A DNA stretch of 33,744 nt from Hyphochytrium catenoides (lineage: Eukaryota; Protista; Hyphochytriomycota). Each line of letters starts with the position of its first letter. The first letter of the stretch is position 1. Of this stretch, positions 1-11,768 are shown in pieces. The notes beneath the pieces are model-generated. The model was not told where the DNA came from, did not search any database, and saw nothing but the letters and a program-made list of their open reading frames with translations. A program made the translations under genes and the position numbers. The stretch covers positions 1-33,744 of the forward strand of contig FLMG01003455.1 of NCBI GenBank assembly GCA_900088475.1. Direction: 5' to 3'.

Positions 1-976
1 GTAACCTTTAGCTGATGGCTTGATGACGGAGGATAAAGCAATGATCTGTCACCTCGTTGGCTCTGCCTGAACTTCTTCGGTTTCTTCTTTCGCCATCGTG
101 CTCGGGTATGGCACTTCATTTATGGCCTCCCTTCTGAGTCTCGCATCCTCCGCAGGACCAAAGTGTCTCCTACTCTCTCCTCCTATACCCCTTCCGTACC
201 CCTCATCCACTTTCTACAATAGCCCGGGTCCCGACGCTGAAAGTTGGACCTGCCTCAGTGAGAGTCTCCACTGTGACCTTGCGCCAGAGACTAGCAGCCC
301 GCAGTCTATCTACTCCTGCACACAATGCAGCGGAACCCTCCTGAAGCGTGCCGCTCCTCTCCACACTGAACTGCTCCTGCTCGGCCAATTCTCCTGCATG
401 CGAAGGTGAACACGAATGAAGAAAGCACAGAAGAAACTCAAACTCTGCCACCATCATGACCTTTCATCAAAGGAGAGATGTTTCAAGCATCCCCCAGGAG
501 TAAAGTCCTGAAGTCCTGGAGGTCCTCTGAGTCATCTTTCCACATCTCCGTTTTCTTGAGCGAGTTGAGTGCGTTCTATTGGCGTGGAGGAGATCAGAAG
601 ACAGGTACAAGAAGAGCGAGAAGGGAAAGAGCAGTGAAGAAAGCGAGAACGAGCGCGTTGAGATAAATGGTAAAGTGGATATAGCCCCTCACACCGAGAG
701 ACAGAGGAGGTGGAGATACGACGAGCACAGAAAGAGAGTCAACAGAGCAGAGCAGGTGCGGATGAAGATCTTTCTGACTGCTCTCCTTCCCTTCAACAGA
801 GTGACCGCCCCTCCTACCCTCCACCATCCACAGGCTAGACTGCCATCAGAACACTGAGCATCGGCTGCGCAGGGAGGGGACAGGACCAGGCAGGAGAAGG
901 GTCCGCATCAGCGCATCATCCGGCCACGCACCGTCAATAGTGGGAAACGTAGGCACACGCTTTCGTCTCTTGCAGG

Positions 977-3900
977 ATGGTCCAGGACGTAGGCAGCTCC
1001 ACGGACTGGACTCATGTGCGTCTCTCTTCTTTCTTTGCGCTTTTCGATAGCACTCCTTCTCTTCCTACTGGTTGACAGTTTGGCCCTTTGACGCTTTGTC
1101 CATTGTCCTCATAGACTCTGTCGCGGTCCAATTCCTCTCCTTTATGTCTTTTGCCTCCCGCCTGTAGGCTTTCATGTCTTCACTTCCCTCGCTGGCCATG
1201 CTCCTCGCCTCTTAGTATTGCCCGGGCTTCTCTCCCTACCTTCCTATGGGACCCTATCACGCTCTCCTTGTGTGGCCATTCTTGATGTCTCTCCCTTGAT
1301 GACGCAACCTCATTACTCTGAGCTCACTTCTGTTGACCTTTCTCCCATCAAGCCTAAGCTATCTATTTTCCTCCCTCTTCTGTTGGTCTTTTCTCTCCCT
1401 TTCTCACCTTCTCTCATTCTTGCTCTCTCTCTCTCTCTCTCTCCATCTCTCTCCATCTCTCTCTCCATCTCTCTTTGTCGGTTTCTCTTCACTTTGTTCT
1501 ATTGTCTCCTTTCCTCTCTTGGTTCTTGCCTCTGTCTTCTTTGGTCTCCTTCCCTACGCTAGCATTGCTTTGCCCGCTGCCTTCCATCTCTCTCACACTT
1601 CTCTCTCCTCTCTCTCTCTCTCTCTCTTCGTTTTTTAGGTCGCTATAACGCCCCATTTGCGGGCTCATGCTGACCTCTCAGAGCTGCGGCAGCGGTTGGA
1701 AGAGGCCGAGCACAACCCTAGAACTGACGAGGGTGTGGATATAGGAGAAGGAGGAGACCCTGTAGGCGTTCTCACTATAAAAAGCGTGAGAGTGCGAAAC
1801 GCTGCCCAACTGGAGTTTGTCTCTGGTAGGACGGAGGGGAGCACAGGAAAAGAAAATAGATAGGTAGACAGAGAAAGGCAGACTGGGTGAGGCAAGAGAA
1901 AGCAAGAGAGTGAGCAGGAGAGAGAGCGAACTATACAGCAAAAGATATCCGCATGGAATGGACGCAAGGGGGACAGAAGACTCCAGAGACCGTGAAGAGT
2001 GATGACGCCGGGAACTGCATGCAGACTTTAGGTTTTTAGCGTATCGCTGGATTCTTGACATTGTGCTCTCTCTGGCTCACTGTTCTCTCTCTTCCTCGCT
2101 GTCGATTCTCTCTTTCCCTCTGTCGTACTTTATATTCAACTCTGCCTATCTCATGTGTCTCTCTCTCTTGTCTCTCTTCCTCTCTCCCTTGTTCTCTTTG
2201 CCTCCCTCTCAACAGATTTTCCACGCCCCTACGTCACCTTCTCCACCCTTCCTCCTCCAAGCGGAGGTAACAGGGTGACAAAGAGTAGCACCGTGATAAA
2301 GGAAGAGACTGATGGCCGCTCATTCTCATGGCGGGAGGAAGAGTTCCGTTTCACGGGGTTGGGCTCCCTCGATTACAAGTTAAAGGTTGTCGTGAAGTCC
2401 AGGGAAGAGATAGCTGCCGACACCTTCATGGGCCAGGTGGTGATCCCATTTAAGGATCTACTTGACCAGGTAGGAAACACGAGCCATACCTGCTGTCCCC
2501 CTGTGGCTAGTCCCAGTTCCCTTGGTCTCCCCAGCCACTTCAATCTTCTCCTACTTCTTGTACTTCGACTTAACCGTATCCCGTGCTATGTCCAGTGTTG
2601 GCTCATGGGGCTTCATCTCCAGGAGCTCAGCTCTTTTTCCTCGCCGGTGTCATCTTCTTGTTCCTCGGGAAGGTTGACTAGCTCTTCTGCATTACTTTTA
2701 GGGCTTAGACCTCCATTAGGCTTTTTTCTATCTCTTCGAAATCGATCACTTAACGGGTTTTGTTCACATCTTTTGTCTCGTATTGCCGGTTGACTGGTAT
2801 TGCTGTCTCCTTTGTATCCTCTTGCGTCTGCTGTTTTCTACGCAGGAAACTCATGAGGGCTGGCACAAGCTGCAACCTGCCAGCGCTCTGGTCAAAGCCA
2901 AGAGAGCCTATGGAGAGCTGCACCTAGCTGTTAGATTCACATACTCTAAGGTACGTGAGGGAGAGGCGATAGGGCAACAGAGCTCGATACCGCTAGAGCC
3001 TACAGTAGGACGCATTCGGGCCTTTAGGTCAAGTGAATGCTGATTCTGCTTCCTCTTTTTCTTGCTTTCTTCTTGATGGTAAAGGCGTCACTGTTGAGGA
3101 AGCAAGTGGAAGAAGCGGAAAGATGGTACCACAAATTGGAGGCAGAAGCCGAGCTTTGGCAGAAAGCCGCGGCGGGAATGAAGGTTTGTGACCTCACTTG
3201 TCGCCCTCATTCGCGCTACTCTCCTCACATTTCTTTTACCTGTCGCTTCCGCTGTTTCTTTTCTATCGCGTCACTATTGTCTTCCTTACCTGCCCGTATC
3301 CTCATTCGCCCTCACTTGGTGCTGCCGACATCCTTTGCGCAGACTCATATTATCCACCCGGCATCTTATGGAGAGGCTGCAAGAAAGAGTAGGCTTTACA
3401 TTCCTGGCAATAGGTGTGGCCAAAGCTCATTTATTTTCACTCTCCCTCTCCTCCCCACGTATAGATAAGCTGCTCGTTCTCGGCTTTCATCTACATAACC
3501 TCCGTTTGCCAGCTTCCTTTAGTCATTATCATCTTTATCAATCTGTCGAGCTCTAGTTTTCTCCTTTTCGCTGTTGCTTCGGTAGTTGCTTACTGATAGT
3601 TTTCGTGCATCGCCGACCCTTGCTTCAGATTCCATTCCTGGTGTCACCATCCAGGTGCGGTTCAGCGCGCTTCACTCCCGGAAGGCTGCCGAGTGCAGAC
3701 TCCCTTTGGAGCGGGCTCCATTCTGACCTATAATGAGGACAATAAGACCTACAAGGTTGCGGTAGGTATATTAGGCTAGGGAAAGCGTCTTGACTATCAT
3801 TCTTGCAAAAGGGAGGATTGGCTGCAGGAACGTTCTAGAGAGACACTGAGTTAAATTAAAGCCCAGCCTCGGCTACGGGCGACATGGCTCAGGAGTTTAG

Positions 3901-5838
3901 AAAGAAAGAGATAAGGCTTCAGATATTAGGGTGGCAGTGGGAAACAATAGCCATGGGGCCAGAGACGGAGTGTACAGAAGTGTAGCAGCACCCCTTTTCT
4001 TGAGAGATCATTCTCCGTTCCTCGCGGGTCAAGTACTATGTGTAGCTAACCCCATGCGCCTTTCTTCTCTTCCGCTCCACTTGCACTGCACTTCTGTTCA
4101 CCACTATCTGGGCACGTCTCGTATTCAACCCACTATTTCCAGCTGTCATCGAAGGCCATAGGGTATTTCCAGTTTGACGAAGTCAAGGAACAGGAAGACA
4201 GCGACATCTTCCAACCAGGAGATGTCGTTCTTACCCCCTTTGGAGAAGGAAAGATTATTCATCACCGCCCTGACTCCTCATCCTACGCCGTCAAACTTCC
4301 CTTCGGTGTGGGCTACCTGTCCAGTACTGATGTCCAGAAGAAAGAGAAGAAAGCGTACGAGATGACCAACAAAGAACGGATAAGGATGGCGAGGGAGCTA
4401 CGGGCGGAAGGCAACGAGTTCTATAAGGTGAGGGACTTGTCATCCCTTCTTTTGAGTACCTGTTGAACTGTCTTTGCTCCAAGGACAGCTTAGAGAATGT
4501 TACATTTCCTGGATTTGGCTATTGATTTCTACCTGACTGGCCGTTCATGTTGTGCGCCGGACTCTACATTTGTCTAACTCGTTATTTCTTCCTCTTAGCC
4601 GTCTCTGTCTCCCTTAACCTCCTTTTCGCTTGGTCGCTGTCTTGTTGCTTTCACTTCGCTGGTGATGGCGTCTAAGGTCTTAACCTTTTCTCGTCCGCCA
4701 CTATCCTCTTTTAGCAAGGTCGAATAGAGGAGGCTCTGGCAAAGTACAACCACGCACTGGGCTATCTCAATTATTTTAGAGACGGCTCTCACAAAGAGAA
4801 GGCGGAAGTGCTGCAGATCATGGTTCCCTGCTACTCAAACGTGGCAGCGTGTAAGGTAGCTGCGCCAAAGCAAAGAGAGATGGAAATGAAGTGCGCGGTT
4901 TTTATATACACATGCTGGATGTTACCAATATCTCCCTCTCTCTGTCTGTCTCTTTGCACACTCAGCCTCTTTCTCTTGTCCCTTTGCTCCCCGCAGCTTA
5001 AATTGGGTGCCTACAAGGAGGTCGAGGTGGCTGCGAGTACGGTGATGGAGCTTCTTGAGGCTCTTAATGCGAACAAAGAGGGCAAGGTGGCGGAATGGCT
5101 GGGACGACTTGGAACCACAGAGCAAAGGCTTTTTAGTGACTGGGTGAGGGAGTGTTCGCGTTCTAAGTCTTCACGTCTCTGTTGCTCTCATGAACTCTTG
5201 GCTCTTCCCACACACGTCTTCAAGTCAACAGCTCTTCATGCGTCATACCTTTCGTGTCACACTGGCCACCTTAGCGCTCCTATGAAGAGAGCAACGGGGT
5301 AGTTTTCGTCTGGTTGTAAGAGTTTGTCAGAAGTAGTACTCGACAGTAGCTCGCTGACCTCGCGGCTCTCTCTTCTTTTGCTGCTGGTACGGAAGGGGAT
5401 TACCTAACCAGCTATTGCCCTCTCTTTGTGTTCAGCCCAGCAAAGCCCTCTACCGTCGCGGTGAGGCCTTCTACCGCCGCCGTGACTTGGAACTGGCACG
5501 CCGTGACCTCGCCCGTGCTTTCAGACTGGCACCAAAGGACAAGGCTTGTAGAGAGCTGCTGGAGGCTGTTATGAAAGAGATAAGAGGTAGTGCTCGTGAT
5601 GCAGTCTATGTCTCATTGACTCTTCTAGGGCTTCTTCCTCAAGCTGTCCTCTTTCAAAGCCTGCCTTGCGGCTAACTCCTGGCTCACGCTTATTGGCGCT
5701 CCTTCTGACTGTTCCGTCGACGCAGTCGAACGACAGAAAGAGAAGAAGACCTGGGGTAAAGTCTTCCAGCAAGATCCCCTTGATCCTACTACAGCGACAC
5801 TGACCGTCGCAGAGACCATCAGCAGCCCACGGCGGTAA
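977..5838 (+). CDS. Multi-exon C2-domain / tandem TPFG beta-repeat / TPR protein (FKBP/Cyp40-type TPR co-chaperone module without a PPIase domain), ~574 aa
   Basis: Hand-spliced GT-AG model in one continuous frame: 977-1015, 1639-1825, 2216-2469, 2846-2950, 3085-3183, 3343-3413, 3629-3761, 4143-4427, 4715-4855, 4997-5143, 5436-5586, 5726-5838 (1725 nt). C2-like segments: GVLTIKSVRVRN, PYVTF, FSWREEEFRF, LKVVVK...DTFMGQVVIPFKDL, GWHKLQ...GELHLAVRF. TPR segments: MTNKERIRMARELRAEGNEFYKQGRIEEALAKY, YSNVAACKLKLGAY, KALYRRGEAF...ARRDLARAFRLAPKDK, then EKKTWGKVF (like the FKBP post-TPR helix). The first exon/start codon and exon 3343-3413 are the least certain parts. Confidence 0.8.
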
Positions 5839-6070
5839 GTAATGGATAGAAAGCTTATGGTAATGAGATATCGGGGGCAAAAGAGACAGAAGTGACCCAG
5901 AATCGTCTTCGTCCTTCCCACTATTATTTTAGAGAGAGGAAGGAGAAGAGAGGAGAAGGGACGAAACGCGTGTGAGAAAGGGACCCAGTGAATGGGCCAA
6001 AGAGCTTTCCAAAGCCGGAAAGAAGGCCATCAGACGACGATATGTGACGTAGACCATGAGACAGTAGCGT

Positions 6071-6144
6071 GTATGAGAGAGAGAGAGACAGGCACACGGA
6101 GAGGAAAGAAAGAAAGAAAGACAGAAAGAAAGAGAGAGAGAGAG

Positions 6145-6183
<39 letters not shown>

Positions 6184-6192
6184 GAGAAGAGA
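6071..6192. repeat. Compound (GA)n/GAAA microsatellite
   Basis: Visible purine-rich repeat tract downstream of the C2-TPR gene. Confidence 0.85.
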
Positions 6193-7557
6193 GGAACAGA
6201 TAAGAGAGGTATGTCTTGCAAAGTAGGAGGTAAGGGGTCGCAGTTGAGATATACTGATGTTCGAGAATGAAAAGGCACCCGACCGAGGTTGAGGACTCAG
6301 GACCTGACTACTCTCTGCTTTCCATAGATCGCAATTAGATGATCCTTCTAGGACGAGACAACTAAAGGTGCCGCATCCTTAATCTTCATCTTTATTCGTC
6401 TCATTTAGAAGTTCCATCCTCTCTTCTCCGCGGCTCAGGCCGGTTGACAGCGTTACGTCTTTCCTTGGCGAAGCTCATCCTCCTGCTCCTTCCGGTGCTG
6501 ACCACTTGACCCACTATCTCTTTTTCTATCCAGAAAGCAAAGGAGACCTCTCACAAGTTGATTGATGAAGAGCCGGACGTCGCAGAGGAAAAGCGAGAGA
6601 GAGAGCAGAACAAAGGAGAAAGAAGTGGAGGGTCCGCTCTTCCCGTCGTCCTCACCTTCGTTGCAACCGCCGCTATTGCAGCTGCCTATGTCTTCAAGAA
6701 CAGACAAAGCTGAGGCAGCTCTACACCGAGAACCTTCTCTCTCTCCTCCTAAAGAAAACCACATCCCTCGTTGTAAGGCAAGCGTGGTGCTAGCTGACAG
6801 CAGTAAGACATGACAGGAGGAGTGGACAGCTAATGCAAGATCCTTACTTTGACCTTCATCAACGCCATGTCTTGAGAGATGAGACGGAGGAGAGTCTTCT
6901 CCTTTTGTCTTTTCTTAGTATAGAGTCCTCTCGGTCCCTGTCCGTCTGCTCCTAGCCTAACTTCTACTAGGGAATATGCCATTGGGTACAATCCTAGCGT
7001 GTTATGACTGTCCTCGATGGACAGAGAGAGGCAGGAAGAGGAGAGTGTCTGATGGCTAGGAGATGGCATTATAAAACTGCCTTTATAAGTGCAAACAAGG
7101 TCTCTCTTCTTTGGAAAAGATGTTAAGAGCATTGTATCTAACGTATTATCACAGGCTTTACATACAGACAGAGTAGACCATCACAAGGTCTAGCGGTGAC
7201 AAGTACATGTGCAAACGAAAGGAAATATTACTCTCTCTCTCTCTCTCTTTCCCTCTCTGTGTCTTCATCCTAGAGGAGAAAGAGACGGTAGGGACCATGG
7301 AGAGGCACGAAGGAAGAAGAGATGATCTCTAGATGAGAGGGCAGCTAGGAGAGGAAAGCAGCACCATCTCCAGCTGATGACCTCATGACCGCAGACTTCA
7401 GCTTGCTTAGCGATGATCTGCTCTTGAACTTGTACAGTTGACAGAGAGAGAGAAGGAATGGTCGTCGTAAAGAACTAAAAGGAAAGAGAGCGCAAGGAGA
7501 GACTCCCGTCTTGGGGGCCCTCTTGTTCTGCTCTCGCTGGTCCTCTCATTCTGAGCT

Positions 7558-8091
7558 TTATGCTTGGAAGGGCGTCGAGGAGTTGCCTGCCTCTGAGATG
7601 GTAGAAGGTGGCGTCCTCACCATGTCTCTGAGAGAGAATTTTCTGCTAGGCGTTCTCCCTTCCTTAGGCGTCCTGAAGCCGATCGAGCCCATGATGCTGT
7701 TGGTCAGTGACTGTGTGAAGCTCCCGCGGCTGTTCCTGCTGTTGCACCAGTAACAGTGCTGAGAGTTCGCCAGCTGGGGCCACACGCGGCACCGGGAGCA
7801 CGTGGTGTTCCTGCCGCTCCATAGAATGCCACCAATTGCTTTGGTGAGGCTTGGAGGTTTCTCATTGACAAAGAAGTCGTCCTGGGTGTGTCTCTCTTCT
7901 CCCTCTCCGTCTTCCTCACTTTCTGGTTTCTCTCCTACTGGCTTATGCTCAAGCGCTGCTTCAGGGTCTTCTGCTGTGGCGCTGTCCTTCCTTGCGCTAT
8001 GTCTTCTCAGGACGAAGAGAACAAGGATGACAGCGATCAGGCTGCCTCCTATGGCTGAGCCCACGATGATGAAAGTGGTGCTGGACCACAT
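7558..8091 (-). CDS. Hypothetical single-pass membrane protein (N-terminal signal-anchor, acidic linker, C-x2-C-x11-C-x2-C motif)
   Basis: 177-aa ATG-initiated ORF free of microsatellite sequence. Hydrophobic segment FIIVGSAIGGSLIAVILVLFVL is followed by basic RRHSARK, then CSRCRVWPQLANSQHCYWC. No family recognised; extra exons are possible. Confidence 0.55.
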   Translation of the reverse strand: MWSSTTFIIVGSAIGGSLIAVILVLFVLRRHSARKDSATAEDPEAALEHKPVGEKPESEEDGEGEERHTQDDFFVNEKPPSLTKAIGGILWSGRNTTCSRCRVWPQLANSQHCYWCNSRNSRGSFTQSLTNSIMGSIGFRTPKEGRTPSRKFSLRDMVRTPPSTISEAGNSSTPFQA

Positions 8092-8870
8092 CTTCCTTCT
8101 AATAATAGATTCCTCTCGAACACCTCTCTACTTTCTTTTCTCTCTCTCTCTCTCTCGTTGATTGCCTCCTCTCTGTCCCAGGGAGACGAGCTTTCAGTGC
8201 TGGAAAGGAGGGAACTAGATTTATAAGTGAGAAAGAGACGAAAGAGAAGAGAGAGTTCAATGCTTTGCGCAGTCTCTCTTTCTGTCGCCAAGTGGACGGA
8301 GGATGAAGAAGGTTATGTCGGTGGCAGCGGCAGCGGCGGCAACGGCGCGGGGAGGATAAGGAAGAGCTGGAAGGATCGATAATGGGCCCAAGGAGCCAGT
8401 TTGAGATATCATCTGAGAAAAAGATGCAAAGAGAGAGAGAGAGAAGAGAGAGAGACACACAGAGAGAGAGAGAGAGGGGGGCACAAAGAGATAAGGGTGA
8501 GAGGGCAAAGGGAGAGAAAGAGAAGACAATCAGGAAAGTAAGAGAGAGACCGAGAAATGAAGAAAGAGGAGCAAGAGAAAGCTGTGGCGAGGAGGGAGGA
8601 AAAGGGAGGGGAGGAGAGAGACAGAGGACGAACCCAGCAGGGGCAGATGTGCCTTCTGACCCAAGCTGGACTTATGAAGAGGAGGACAAGGCGTGGTTGG
8701 TGGTTATGTCTCTCTTCTACAGAGACGGCAGGAGTACGGCCTGAGACAAATGAAGTAGAGACGAGGGAGAGAAAAAGAGATAGAAAGAGATAGAAGAGAA
8801 GCAGAGAGAGAGGGAGAGAGAGAATCATACGACCACCAACCCTCTCTCAAACTTGTCTTGTCTTATTCTC

Positions 8871-8879
8871 NNNNNNNNN
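8871..8879. other. Assembly gap (9 N)
   Basis: Run of n bases in the sequence. Confidence 1.
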
Positions 8880-9371
8880 AAGCATAGAAAAAGAGCAAGT
8901 AAGGAGGAGGAGGTGGGAGTATGCTCATAAGGGACGGGCGAGAGAGACAGAGTGGAAAGAGAGAGAGATAAAGCATAGAAAGAGAGTGGAGAGACAGAGC
9001 AAACCGGCCATATAAAAGAGAGAGAGAGAGAGACAGAGACAAAAAGGGAAAATTATAAAGATCGAGACGTGGAGGATCGGGGGACGGGTGGGCCGGTTAT
9101 GTGTCCAACGACTCTAGAGAAAAAGTACCGATAACGATGGGTGGGGATGTGGGTTGGACCGTCTGCGCTGCAGTTCTAGTGACCCGAACAGAAAACAGAA
9201 ATTTCCGACCCCGTATCTCTACCGTTATCTGTCTTGGCTGGTAACTCTCTGTCTCAATCTGTATAATAAATAGTCTAGCTAAACAACTCTCTCTTTAGCA
9301 TTATTCTCATCTCCGACTTGTCTCTTTCTCTATCGTTAATGGAAGATGGTCCACTTTTCTCTCCCTTCAAT

Positions 9372-9373
<2 letters not shown>

Positions 9374-9407
<34 letters not shown>
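9374..9407. repeat. (CT)n microsatellite
   Basis: Perfect CT run. Confidence 0.9.
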
Positions 9408-9413
<6 letters not shown>

Positions 9414-11030
9414 CACTCTATTATGATCTCTCATCTTCCCGTCTCTTTTTAGGGTGTCTCTCGCTCGCTCTCTCTTCTCATCTCGTTGCGTGCTCTCTCC
9501 TCTCTTTTCTTCCGTGCTCTCTCTCTCCACCATCCCTCATCTTTTCTTGATGTTGACCGCCTCTCTCTCCTGTTGTCTGCTGGTTCCCTTCTCAAGACCT
9601 TAAGAGATGTCTCCTCCCCCGTCTTCTTCCTTTTTGGCCAAGATAACTTCCTTAAGGAACATGATGGAGGCTGATCATCAAAAAGATGTGTGTGCTCTGG
9701 TGTGGGACGTGCTGATCCTTCCTCGCGCAGCTTCGCTCCTAACCGGGGCTCAACCATCGTTGCTCATATTTGTTGTTGTCTCCTCTGTTATGCCGCTTCT
9801 GCTTTTTAGGAGTCGTCGGTCACAGGTCAATCTTGTTTATTGTCGTTGATGATTTGACTGCTGGCAGCTAAAGCTCTCTCTACAGGCGATCATGGGACTA
9901 ATAAGTAAGCCTGCCACGTGCTGACGCTGCTAGGAAATTTTTGATCTATACATTAATATACATTATATTAGCAGAATGAAGCGAGGATCATTATTCTCTT
10001 TGACAACAATGGCCGCCAGTCACCCTATGGCAATGTCCGTTTAGTCCTATGCCACACCACCCAGCAATGCGGGATTTTCCTTCTCCTCTTCGTATATATT
10101 CTTCGTATATATTGCCAACGAACGTATGATGAGACGTATGTGCTTTCTACATATTTCTCTCCCTCCTCATAATTGATGATTGAAAGAAGTCAAATGAGGC
10201 TGTCTTTCCATAGTATGATAGTAGAGGCTTCTTCAGAGTTATTAGAGGTCCCCTCACGAGCTCTGTATTCTCTCTTCTCTCTGACTAATAATGCCGGTGG
10301 TGGAGAATCCACCTTATCGTGTTGTGCTGGTGGTGCCGTCCTCCTTCTGCTGTTTCCTGCACTGCCCTTGTTTGTGCTGCACTTCTTGCTAATCTTTTTC
10401 TTCGTCGGTTGGTGGCTTCCCTCCTTTGCTGCGCTGCTAATCCACGTCTCCCATAGCGGTGGTACTCTGTGTGTGAACGCTTCAATAGGAAGTGGCTGCA
10501 GCTGTTTGGAGGAGGAGAGAGATCTTCTTCCCTCTTCATCATCATCGATCATCGTCCTCGGCAGCACTTCTTTCACGCTGCTGCTGTCCTCCTCTCCTCC
10601 TCCTCATCATCACCATTATTGTACTGCTGCATTATTAGGAAGGGAAGGACGCCCCTAATATAAACCATGGCTGGCTGTACTCACTTTACAGTCATCCTCC
10701 CGGAGCTCTCCTTGAAGAGGTTGGCACTTTACAAAGAGTGCGCTCTACTCGGCCCTCTCAGTCATAAATAACGGGGAATGCACCTTCAATAATATCGATT
10801 GGAGCGCTTTATGGGCGCACACTTGGCGACTTGGGACTACAGCACGAGCTACAACGGAGTACAGCATGGTAACAACTACAGCCTCATCAACCAGAACTGT
10901 GTAGAGAATGGGAGGAAAGGCAATTTCTGGTGCTGTTTGTATTGCCTGCGATAGTGAGAGACAGAGCAACAGAGAGCCAAGACAGAAGGACAGACAGAGT
11001 TCATAGAGAATAGCGAACCAGGGATAGAAG

Positions 11031-11196
11031 AAAGAGAGAGAGAGAGAGAGAGAGAGACGGAGAGAGAGAAAGAGAGAACAAGAGAGACAGAGTGAGAGAA
11101 AGACAGAGAGACAGACTGAGAGAAAGAGAGAGACACACAGAGAGAGACACAGAGAGAGACAGAGAGAGACACAGAGAGAGAGAGAGAGAGAGAGAG
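11031..11196. repeat. Compound (GA)n/GAGAGACA microsatellite
   Basis: Visible tract; source of the SLSLSV-type ORFs. Confidence 0.9.
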
Positions 11197-11768
11197 TAGG
11201 CTTCTGCCATCAGAAGTCTTCCTCGAGAGTCTAGGAGCGGCATCGCTAGAGCCCTCGCCTATTTCTACCTCTCCTTTCGGGGTTCTTCTACTAGCCAGCA
11301 TTTCTCTTCTCATATCCTTTCGAAGCTCCTACCTCCATCTTCTTAATCTAAGCCACAGCCCGCAGGAGAGGACTAGCAACAGATGCACTGACAGCTTCTG
11401 CCTTTCTCTCGTCCTTGCCGTTGACAGAGAGGTCTTGACCTTACAGAGCGAGAAAGTCAAAAGAGCAAGCGAGCCAGAGACAGAGAGAGAAAAGAGAGAG
11501 AGAAAGGAAGACATAGGGGACGAGACAAGCGAGCCGAACGATCTGCCTAAGAAGAGGACCCGGGCCTTTCACGACAGGAGAGCGCCTTAGAGCCGGGGCT
11601 TTTAAAGCTCGTCAATCGTCTTCGCCAGCTACTTCTCCTTCCCATCTGCAAGTCTCTCTCCTTCCCCACAGCCGAGCAAGCTCGATGGCCACTGCTGCTT
11701 CCCTACTCTCCCAGATATTGCGGCTTTTTGGTTAGAGGAAGGCGGGGTCTTGGCCCCAGAGGGCGTCA

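Noticed and set aside
1-900. Divergent minus-strand gene upstream of the C2-TPR gene
   Set aside because: Looks partly coding, but I could not build a stop-free spliced model or recognise a product.
1218-1638. Leu/Ser-rich ORFs (likewise at 5924-6278, 8099-8828, 10876-11313, 27303-27667, 32921-33633)
   Set aside because: Translations of CT/GA microsatellites in introns or intergenic DNA (SLSLSL / RERERE); no family signal.
6453-7132. Short ORFs 6453-6764, 6562-6813 and 6830-7132
   Set aside because: No recognisable motifs and no consistent splice model.
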